Of a stretch of DNA of 64,000 nt, positions 56,596 through 64,000 are shown piece after piece; within the stretch, counting starts at the first letter, position 1, and each line of letters starts with the position of its first letter. This stretch comes from a virus. The notes under the pieces are model-generated. The model was not told the DNA's origin and made no database searches. It saw only the letters and a program-made list of their open reading frames with translations. The stretch lies in IMG/VR virus record IMGVR_UViG_3300042566_001780, positions 129,190 to 193,189 of that record; one strand, written 5' to 3'. A program made the translations under genes and the position numbers.

Positions 56596-57445
56596 ATTTT
56601 TGAATCTCAGACATTAATTCTTCTAATGTAATGCTGCTTCTATGCCATTTCCCATTATTCTCTCTCCATGGGATGAATTGTAGATTACAATGGTGCCCTA
56701 TTATTTCTGGTGCAATTTGCCGCATGAAACCCTCATAGATAGATAATTTATGGTCAACTTGAAAATTATCTATTTGCCGGTCATTAAGCCCTCTTTTGGA
56801 TGCATCATAATTGCTAATGTAGCACACATTCTTTTCTGTTACTGCTCTCACTTTTCTTCGATAGATTTCAAATTCAGAAATTTGGTCCAGCGGAATCCAG
56901 TATCCACGTTCTTCTTGAGTCTTACGTATTTGTGCAGCTTTCTGTTTTGAGTTATTAGAAATCTTTTGTTTAACTTCTGCAGTATGCTTTTTCCCTTTCA
57001 TTCCACCAACAAAATCTGGGGCACTGCGAATTTTTTCCATTGCTATGCGATGTTTTTCTTTTTGTTCTGGAGTTATTTTTTGCCCTGTTACCTTTTTTCT
57101 TATTTTCTCTTTCGTTTCTTCAGACAGTGTTTTGCCCTTCAAATGATTATCCCTAGCAGCAACTCGCTGACGTGCTTCATCTGACCATTCATTTTTGTAT
57201 CCACTTTTGCCAAAATTCCATGGAATTCTCTTAGTCAGCTTTTTTGATTTTTTTGCTTCCTTCCTCTCTCTTGCTGCTTCTGACATATCTTTTTTAGCAG
57301 CACTACGTTTTGCAGCACTTTCTTCACTTTGCATAGGTGCATCTGGGAATTTCTCTAAATACTGGTCCCTTGTTAATCCATGATGCACCAAGTGACGCTT
57401 GGTGATAGCGTGAAATTCTCTACCGCAAATTTTGCAAGTTATCAT
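56579..57445 (-). CDS. HNH homing endonuclease with N-terminal Zn-finger and NUMOD3-like repeats
   Basis: CKICGREF..H..HH; GKTLSEETKEKI, GKKHTAEVKQKI; C-terminal VDHKLSIYEGF...HHCNLQFIPWRENNGK HNH. Confidence 0.65.
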   Translation of the reverse strand: MITCKICGREFHAITKRHLVHHGLTRDQYLEKFPDAPMQSEESAAKRSAAKKDMSEAARERKEAKKSKKLTKRIPWNFGKSGYKNEWSDEARQRVAARDNHLKGKTLSEETKEKIRKKVTGQKITPEQKEKHRIAMEKIRSAPDFVGGMKGKKHTAEVKQKISNNSKQKAAQIRKTQEERGYWIPLDQISEFEIYRRKVRAVTEKNVCYISNYDASKRGLNDRQIDNFQVDHKLSIYEGFMRQIAPEIIGHHCNLQFIPWRENNGKWHRSSITLEELMSEIQKLKKGS

Positions 57446-57503
57446 TTTGTGTTAAGCAAAAATAGTTAATTAGCTATTTTAACAAATTGTTACAGATTCG
57501 TGC

Positions 57504-57536
57504 AAAAACAAAGGGAGCTAATAGCTCCCTTTTTAA
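57504..57536. terminator. bidirectional terminator aagggagct-aat-agctccctt flanked by A- and T-runs
   Basis: Lies between the two minus-strand genes. Confidence 0.55.
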
Positions 57537-57552
57537 TAAGCTTTTTAGCTTA

Positions 57553-58149
57553 TTAGGCGTTGAAACCGCCAAGTGCAGTACCAAGGCCTTCGCCACCTTC
57601 GCTGAGCGAACGAGCATGATCATAACGCAATGTCAATTGGATAGTAACAGCTTCAGAAGCAGAGTAATCAAGATCAGAGAAGTCGGCAGCTTGAATAAAG
57701 CAGCCTTCTAAAATCCAGGTTTCAACCACAGTCTCATCACCATCTAATTGCTCAAGTTTCATGCCAAACTTGTAGTCAGAACCCGTAGCTGCAGTATTGA
57801 GCCAACGGCCGTCAAGATCAACACCAACTAAACGTTGTTGAGTCTCTAATTGACCCTTGACCACTTTAGTAGCTAAACCAGTAATGTCATCTTCAAGAGT
57901 AAGGTTAACTGGAGACCAGGTATGCTTGCCAGATACATATGCCACTGAGTTATAACGGTGGATTGGCACTTCCTCAAATTCGATCTGGGGACGTGTAATT
58001 GTCGTTGCTTGCATGGAAAGGTCTCTGGAATTGACACCAGACACTAGACGACCCATATCTTGGAACGTCACTCTCCACTTGTTTTTCATTTTTGGGTGAT
58101 ATATTCCAGACCCAACGCCAGGAATTCCAAAACTTGATAATGTTGCCAT
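57553..58149 (-). CDS. tail tube protein family (gp19-like), minus strand
   Basis: ATTITRPQIEFEEVPIHRYNSVAYVSGKHTWSPVNLTLEDD resembles the gp19 core pattern (...F.NRKI.VAG.RTFDDWTVT.MND); minus-strand CTAAATA at 58205..58211. Confidence 0.55.
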   Translation of the reverse strand: MATLSSFGIPGVGSGIYHPKMKNKWRVTFQDMGRLVSGVNSRDLSMQATTITRPQIEFEEVPIHRYNSVAYVSGKHTWSPVNLTLEDDITGLATKVVKGQLETQQRLVGVDLDGRWLNTAATGSDYKFGMKLEQLDGDETVVETWILEGCFIQAADFSDLDYSASEAVTIQLTLRYDHARSLSEGGEGLGTALGGFNA

Positions 58150-58417
58150 TTTTATTTTCTCCGAGAAATAAAAGCCGGTTGTCTTTCAACCTAATTCTTA
58201 TAAGTATTTAGCAATTTTGACTTTTTTCTAACGATTTTTCAAAAAGCAATACTCCAGACATATGTATTGGCAATTATAGGAGTCACCCAGGGACACCCAG
58301 AGGTGATATCGCTCTATAAGATGATGGGCTCTAAAGCTAAGTGCCGAAAAATGCCCCCAGGTTCACTAAATGAAACCCAGCTAAATAGATTATGACAATT
58401 CTCTTTTGGAAAATTAA

Positions 58418-59719
58418 ATGGCTGATATCTCAAGCTTACTTAAAACGAGCGGTTTAGATTTGGAAAGAACTGCAACTGACATATTTGGCACAGTTGTATC
58501 TGATTTTTCCAAAGGTACTTTAGAACCAGCATTACGCTCAATTACGGGTGTTCCTGCGCAGCCATTACCAGATAGAAATGCTGGCGGGTGGTATGCTACA
58601 TCATATGCCCATTCATTAGCAAATACTAATACTCGACCTAAGCTAAAATTCCTGTTTAAGGTGGAGTTCTTATTTCGTGCAGAGATAATAAATGCTTATC
58701 CATCTCTAAAGGACAATACTTTTGTGTTTTCTATTAAATCAGTTGATAGACCGAAGGTAGACTTTGAGTATGAAGAGGTTAATAGATACAACTTTAGAAC
58801 AAAAGTGTTGAAACAAATTAAGCATCGTGAATTAACAATGTCATTTCATGATGATGTTGGTAATCAAGTCTATGAGTTTTTTAGAACTATGATGATGGTG
58901 CATTCGCCGATCACTAGAAGATCTGCCACTGCTACCCATGATATAGCTTCACAGGCGGCTACATATTCAACCGGTCACGGTATGCTTTTTACTACAGACC
59001 CAACAGCCAATACTGATTTTGCTCATCGCGGCGTTATTAACACTGAAATTGGCAATGCAATTCAGGCTATCAAAATAACGCAAATCTTTTTGCAACCACA
59101 GAATAATTCAATTCAAGATTCAACAAAAGAAGTTGCTTTTTTCTTTATGAATCCCAGAGTTGTATCTTTTGATTTAGATGATGTTTCACACGAATCGTCA
59201 GATGCAAACGTATTCACTATGCAGTTTGATTACGATTTTATGGTGATGTCTGATGCCTCAGCTCTTAAGAAATTCGATGATTCGAAAAGTTTGGCTGCAT
59301 TGCCGGGAGCGCCAAGTGAACCATCTCCAGCAATAGGTGCAAGTACCTCGTCCTCACCTGGTGGCGGATTGGGGAATAAAATAACCGGAATTTTATCTTC
59401 AGTTGGTGGAAGAGCTGTTCAAAAAATAACAAATGAGACTATAGGAAAAGCTTTGCGAAAAGTGCCTGGACTAGATGGATTAGCAAGTACAGTTAGCGGA
59501 ATTGCTGGTTCATTGGCTTCAGGTGGTATATCTTCAGTTAGCAGTTCTTTCCAAAGATTAGCATCATCGCCCACAGGTTTATTTGGATCAGCGAATACTC
59601 AATCACCGACATCTCAAAGCATATTGACTGACTCTTCTACATTCGGTGATGATTTGGTTGGCTTAAATACATCTAATCAATCATTTCCAAGTGTACCGAG
59701 GTTCACTGATCTAGCTTAA
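58418..59719 (+). CDS. tail tube-family protein with long Ser/Gly-rich C-terminal extension
   Basis: RPKVDFEYEEVNRYNFRTKV...LTMSFHDD tube-like core in first ~170 aa; CTAAATA at 58381..58387. Confidence 0.55.
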   Translation: MADISSLLKTSGLDLERTATDIFGTVVSDFSKGTLEPALRSITGVPAQPLPDRNAGGWYATSYAHSLANTNTRPKLKFLFKVEFLFRAEIINAYPSLKDNTFVFSIKSVDRPKVDFEYEEVNRYNFRTKVLKQIKHRELTMSFHDDVGNQVYEFFRTMMMVHSPITRRSATATHDIASQAATYSTGHGMLFTTDPTANTDFAHRGVINTEIGNAIQAIKITQIFLQPQNNSIQDSTKEVAFFFMNPRVVSFDLDDVSHESSDANVFTMQFDYDFMVMSDASALKKFDDSKSLAALPGAPSEPSPAIGASTSSSPGGGLGNKITGILSSVGGRAVQKITNETIGKALRKVPGLDGLASTVSGIAGSLASGGISSVSSSFQRLASSPTGLFGSANTQSPTSQSILTDSSTFGDDLVGLNTSNQSFPSVPRFTDLA

Positions 59720-59727
59720 GGAATTAC

Positions 59728-60174
59728 ATGAAAAAAGGACCAATGCGGGGTAGATTTATCCCCAAACACCCAGAAAAATATCTAGGTAATGCAGCCAAAA
59801 TATTTGGGAGATCTAGTTGGGAATTTATGCTATTCCGGTATCTTGATTCAACCCCAGCCGTTATTAATTGGGCTAGCGAAGAAATTGCAATTCCATACTT
59901 GTCTCCATTAGATAATAGAGTCCATCAATATTATCCAGATGCATTTGTCATTTATCGAGACAAATATGGCAATATCAAAAAAGAGATAATTGAGATAAAG
60001 CCATACAAAGAAACTGTATTGACAGAAAAGTCATCAGATAGAGACAAAATAGCAATTGCAGTTAATCATGCAAAGTGGAAATATGCATCAGAGTTTGCAA
60101 TTAAGCAGGGAATGAATTTTCGCATAGTCACAGAAAAAACGCTTTTTAGACCGTTTGGCAAAACCGCTAAATAA
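59728..60174 (+). CDS. hypothetical protein, possible PD-(D/E)xK nuclease fold
   Basis: YPDAFVIYRD...EIIEIKP (D...E-x-K). Confidence 0.35.
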   Translation: MKKGPMRGRFIPKHPEKYLGNAAKIFGRSSWEFMLFRYLDSTPAVINWASEEIAIPYLSPLDNRVHQYYPDAFVIYRDKYGNIKKEIIEIKPYKETVLTEKSSDRDKIAIAVNHAKWKYASEFAIKQGMNFRIVTEKTLFRPFGKTAK

Positions 60175-60198
60175 GAAATATTATTTCTTTAATCTACG

Positions 60199-61014
60199 AT
60201 GTCTAAAACTTATACTAAAAAATTTCATATTATTTACAAAATAACCAGATTTGATGGAGCATTTTATATTGGGATGCACAGTACTGATAATTTGGATGAT
60301 GGTTATTTTGGATCAGGAAACAGAATTTCGCGATCTCTTAAATATCACGGCATTCACCAACATACTAAAGAAATTCTTGAATTTTTACCATCTAGAAAAG
60401 AATTAGTTGAACGCGAAAAACAAATAGTTAATGAAACTCTCCTAGCAGATCCACTATGTCTAAATTTGTGTACTGGTGGTGGTTATGTTGCACGTGCTCC
60501 TGACCATCCAGATGCTAATAAAAATAGAGCTGAAGGCGTAAGACGATTTTATGCCTCTGAAAAAAGCGTATTAGCAAGACAAAAAATATCTCAAGCAAAT
60601 AAAGGACGAAAAGCCTCAGATGAGGCAAAACGAAATATGAGTGCTGCAGCTAAAAAACGAATGCAGGAGCAAAAAGAGTCAGGATTATGGGAAAAAGTTA
60701 AATTAAAAAATGCAGAAGCGCACCGTGGAAAGCCGCAAAGCGATGAAACTAAGAAAAAACGAGTAGCATCACGAAAAGCAAATTTAAATGGTAGGAAAAT
60801 AACTTTTTCGGCGCAAGCGCGCTTAAACATTTCAAAATCCCTTATAGGCAGTGCCAGAAATGTTAAAAAATGGAAAATAATATCTATTATTGATGGTTCT
60901 TTTTTCATCATTGAAAATAGAGCAAAATGGTTGAGAGAAAATAATTTTGCGGGTCGAGTGAACACGATAAGGGATCAAACTGGAATAATAGTTTACAAAA
61001 TTGAAAGAGCCTAA
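60199..61014 (+). CDS. GIY-YIG homing endonuclease (three NUMOD3 repeats)
   Basis: FHIIYKITRFDGAFYIGMHST; NUMOD3 at KGRKASDEAKRNMS, HRGKPQSDETKKKR, GRKITFSAQARLNIS; CTAAATA 60167..60173 upstream. Confidence 0.8.
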   Translation: MSKTYTKKFHIIYKITRFDGAFYIGMHSTDNLDDGYFGSGNRISRSLKYHGIHQHTKEILEFLPSRKELVEREKQIVNETLLADPLCLNLCTGGGYVARAPDHPDANKNRAEGVRRFYASEKSVLARQKISQANKGRKASDEAKRNMSAAAKKRMQEQKESGLWEKVKLKNAEAHRGKPQSDETKKKRVASRKANLNGRKITFSAQARLNISKSLIGSARNVKKWKIISIIDGSFFIIENRAKWLRENNFAGRVNTIRDQTGIIVYKIERA

Positions 61015-61016
61015 TT

Positions 61017-61475
61017 ATGCAAACACGATTTATTAATCCATTAGATGAATTATTCGAAATAGACCCTAGTTGCAGAAAAATAGAAGATACTACTGATCGT
61101 GATGATACTGATTATGAAGTAGCTGAAGTCCAAAGTCAACCTGTTGAAGTAGTCAAAGATGAAGAAGATATTGACACTGATCAAAAAATAGATGCAGTAT
61201 ATGATGCAGCGCTCGAAGCTTACCAAAATCAAACTGCTATGGTTGAATTGCTTGAGCCACGATATGCTGCACGTAATGCAGAGGTGGCAGCTACTTATTT
61301 GAATATTGCTTTACAGGCAGTTACTTCAAAAGCTCGTGTAAAGAATGATAGAAAACGGGTTGGACAGTTTATCCCGGGGGCATCCAATAAAATCACGAAT
61401 AATACTATTGTTGCATCCCGGGAAGAAATTCTTAGAATGATTTCAGTTGATGCTGAGACTAAGAAATTATCTTAG
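61017..61475 (+). CDS. acidic hypothetical protein
   Basis: ATG 3 nt after upstream stop. Confidence 0.45.
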   Translation: MQTRFINPLDELFEIDPSCRKIEDTTDRDDTDYEVAEVQSQPVEVVKDEEDIDTDQKIDAVYDAALEAYQNQTAMVELLEPRYAARNAEVAATYLNIALQAVTSKARVKNDRKRVGQFIPGASNKITNNTIVASREEILRMISVDAETKKLS

Positions 61476-62653
61476 TAAGTTAGATTAATGTAACCTTCTA
61501 CATCAATTCCATTATTTTCTAATTCTGCTTTTATTTCTGCAGCGCTCTTACCAGCAACTGAGGAATCAAATGGATTTGAGGTTATCAAAACATTCCCGCC
61601 GATGTAAGAGGCAATGCCTGCAAGATTCTTCAACTTATTATTTCTTGCTGAGAAAGAAGCGCCAACATGTTTTGGGGAACCTTTAAGCGACGTTAATTGA
61701 TTGTTGTCGCTGTTGAATTGTCTCCCAACAAATCTCGGTCCACCCTCAAGATTTTCTAATTTGTTGTTTTGACAACTGAAGTCTGAACCAACATCCTTCA
61801 CACATCCTGCTAAGCTCGTTAGTTTATTTCCACTTAAATCTACAGAACCGCCAACTTCTCTAGGCATTTTTCCAAGTGACATTAGTTTGCAATTCATAGC
61901 TGCATAGTTTGCTCCTACGTACTGTGGGGCAAATTCTAAGGTCTTAAGATTATTTCTTGAGCAATTGAATGAACCTTCAACATGATAAGGACAACCTTCT
62001 AAAGAATCCAAGAATAGATTGCCTTGAATTCTAAAAGATCCACCTATTTTGCCAAATCTGACCGGAATTTTCTTAAGTTTCTTGAATGATAGATCGACGT
62101 CACTAGATACGTCAACAGTCAAATCGTCATTAACAGTGTAGTTGCTAATTTTGTACTTTTTCAATCGCGCAACAACTTCTTCCTTCGAATTAGGAAAATC
62201 ATTATCATTTTCTGGCGTATACACCTTTGTGACTAACTTGCCTAATTGTTTGAAAGCAGCATCGTAGATATTGACCAAAATGTCAACTGGAGCGTCGCCC
62301 ACAATAGAAGGCTTTGGACTCTTCATCTTGTATGGAGTATCAGATGAAGTACCACGAATTTGACCATTTGCGTAGACAATATAGAAGTCTTTCCATGGAC
62401 CTAGCCCAAAACCGGGTTTTGCAAAGTAAAAAGATCCTCTAACAGCAGCTAGAGGACCTGTCTTATCATAAGCAGAAATGGCTTTGTATGAATCTAAGTC
62501 TTTTGCTTTTTCAATAGCAGCTTTAACGTCAGCTTTTGAAGCACCTATATTCTTGAGCCAAACATTGGTTTTTCCTCGTAGATGCTTTGCTTTATCATCA
62601 TACCGAATGAATTGCTCTAGATCTTTATTTTCAAATAATTGTGCCAACTTCAT
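61472..62653 (-). CDS. leader-bearing LRR protein (paralog 6, minus strand)
   Basis: MKLAQLFEN leader; internal NYTVNDDLTVDVSSDVDLSFKKLKKIPVRF module and LTSLKGSPKHVG repeats as in 38195 family. Confidence 0.6.
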   Translation of the reverse strand: MKLAQLFENKDLEQFIRYDDKAKHLRGKTNVWLKNIGASKADVKAAIEKAKDLDSYKAISAYDKTGPLAAVRGSFYFAKPGFGLGPWKDFYIVYANGQIRGTSSDTPYKMKSPKPSIVGDAPVDILVNIYDAAFKQLGKLVTKVYTPENDNDFPNSKEEVVARLKKYKISNYTVNDDLTVDVSSDVDLSFKKLKKIPVRFGKIGGSFRIQGNLFLDSLEGCPYHVEGSFNCSRNNLKTLEFAPQYVGANYAAMNCKLMSLGKMPREVGGSVDLSGNKLTSLAGCVKDVGSDFSCQNNKLENLEGGPRFVGRQFNSDNNQLTSLKGSPKHVGASFSARNNKLKNLAGIASYIGGNVLITSNPFDSSVAGKSAAEIKAELENNGIDVEGYINLTY

Positions 62654-62680
62654 AGATTTTCCTTTTGAATTTGAATCTAT

Positions 62681-63283
62681 TTAGACGACTTCTTCAAAAT
62701 TCTCGGCAATTTGTTTGATATACGAATGCGCTCTAGAGTTTGGTGGAATAAAGTTGCCCAAATACTCCGCTTGCACTGGAAGAATCTTACGCGTCTTCAA
62801 AATCAATGCTTCTGCTCTATTTGGGATATATGGAGCATATAGCAATTGCATACCGGCTTCTTCAAGAAACAAAGAATCCTTCTTGTTGTTATCATACTTG
62901 CACGCAGTTACCACGTTCATCCAGGTATCTTTTCCACCACGAGACACGGGAATAATATGATCGCGAGACAACTTGTAAGACGGGAATGAATGGCCACAAT
63001 AAGCGCAAGTATAGTTGTCCCGAGCAAACAACTCTTTATTTGTCAGCAATGGGATTTTGTTGCGCTTATATGCATGCGATTCACCACGAATAGCAATAAT
63101 CGGGGCTGTCTCAATTTTAGATTGAAGACCACTGATTCGGTTAAGACCACCACGAAAACGAACAAAGTCGGGCTCGCCGAGTTGCCATGCCACCAAGTCT
63201 TTAGCATGGTAGACAATAGCATCTTCATAAGTGCCCCAGTGCAATGGATTACCTTGTTGGTCTAGAATCAAAATCGTGTTCAT
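62681..63283 (-). CDS. HNH endonuclease
   Basis: CAYCGHSF...LSRDHIIPVSRGGKDTWMNVVTACKYDNNKK HNH/Zn motif. Confidence 0.7.
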   Translation of the reverse strand: MNTILILDQQGNPLHWGTYEDAIVYHAKDLVAWQLGEPDFVRFRGGLNRISGLQSKIETAPIIAIRGESHAYKRNKIPLLTNKELFARDNYTCAYCGHSFPSYKLSRDHIIPVSRGGKDTWMNVVTACKYDNNKKDSLFLEEAGMQLLYAPYIPNRAEALILKTRKILPVQAEYLGNFIPPNSRAHSYIKQIAENFEEVV

Positions 63284-63284
63284 T

Positions 63285-63743
63285 TCATTCTTCCTTAGTT
63301 TTGAGCAAATCTTCTAATTGTTTAACATATTTTTGATGATCTCTTCGACCATCTTTTAAAAACTCTTCACAACTCATCCAAACAGTGTATTCTGTTTCAG
63401 AACACCATTTATCAAAATTCCATCTATCAATTATCCTAGCAGCATATACAGTCAAGTCATATGTGCCAGATCGCAAGACTACTCTTTCATGTGCCAGTAA
63501 AAACGGTGTCTCTGCAAGATTATATGCTACTAACCCAAGTTCTTCCTCAGCTTCTCTAACAGCGCACCCAAAAGCATCTTCATCTTCTTCAATTTTACCT
63601 TTGCTAAGCATAGGGCGAGGACCACCCAACTTTGGGTTAGAACTCACCATCATCAGATACTTGTAAGATCCATCTTCATCCTTCAGATAAGGAATTAACC
63701 CTGCTCTAGCACGCTTCTCATACTGTAATTCATCATGTTCCAT
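63285..63743 (-). CDS. Nudix hydrolase
   Basis: Nudix box GKIEEDEDAFGCAVREAEEELGL. Confidence 0.65.
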   Translation of the reverse strand: MEHDELQYEKRARAGLIPYLKDEDGSYKYLMMVSSNPKLGGPRPMLSKGKIEEDEDAFGCAVREAEEELGLVAYNLAETPFLLAHERVVLRSGTYDLTVYAARIIDRWNFDKWCSETEYTVWMSCEEFLKDGRRDHQKYVKQLEDLLKTKEE

Positions 63744-63870
63744 TAAAAACCTCTCGTGACAAAAATAATGGGCCCATAGTAGAGCCCATTATAACTCCTA
63801 GGCGAGAAAAATGCACAATCTTTAGTTGTGCATATGAATCGCCAAATTTCAAATAAGCGCTCCATTTCTC

Positions 63871-63878
63871 TATAAATA
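63871..63878 (+). promoter_or_regulatory. exact T4-type late promoter TATAAATA (plus strand) with two CTAAATAG copies on the minus strand 20-45 nt downstream
   Basis: ctcTATAAATAgatt; tatttag x2 at 63893-63917 reads CTAAATA on minus strand, pointing toward the Nudix/HNH block. Confidence 0.45.
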
Positions 63879-64000
63879 GATTATCAACTTATTTCTATTT
63901 AGTATCTATTTAGTGTCTCAAGAATCTTTCATCCGTCAAAATTACCGTATCTATCCGACTAAGGAGCAAGCTGCTTACCTTAATCAAGATATGGGAAATC

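Overview
This window reads as a segment of a large T4-like myovirus (tailed phage) genome. Evidence for that: a contractile tail sheath gene, two tail-tube (gp19-family) paralogs, a ~2,280-aa Asp-box/BNR-repeat fibre protein with two smaller fibre-like paralogs, T4/cyanomyovirus-type late-promoter motifs (TATAAATA / CTAAATA) in front of structural genes, five free-standing homing endonucleases (3 GIY-YIG, 2 HNH), and 12 tRNA genes. The first ~16 kb looks GC-richer by eye and carries auxiliary metabolic genes: NAD+ salvage NadV (NAMPT) plus a bifunctional NMNAT/Nudix NatV-like protein, a PurA-family (adenylosuccinate-synthetase-like) enzyme, two periplasmic solute-binding-protein-like genes, a vWA protein and a GNAT. 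A complete IS607-type insertion (serine-recombinase TnpA followed by TnpB) sits at 26.2-28.1 kb. The most unusual feature is a family of at least 8 genes that all start with a near-identical N-terminal leader M-[KR]-L-x-[QE]-L-[LF]-E. Six of them are diverged paralogs built from 21-aa BspA-type leucine-rich repeats; five of those sit in one tandem array at 38.2-42.4 kb, and the sixth is on the opposite strand at 61.5-62.7 kb. One array member is fused to a transmembrane segment and a GH19/lysozyme-like domain. The leader resembles the T4 capsid-targeting/prohead-protease (L-x-E) propeptide, so this is a candidate family of virion-packaged, injected proteins. A PurA-like enzyme together with an HD hydrolase and a MazG-like pyrophosphatase elsewhere raises, without proving, the possibility of a 2-aminoadenine (Z-base) pathway. 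Several tRNAs are atypical: Lys and Glu tRNAs with long variable arms, and one solitary tRNA-like gene that reads as a CUA anticodon.
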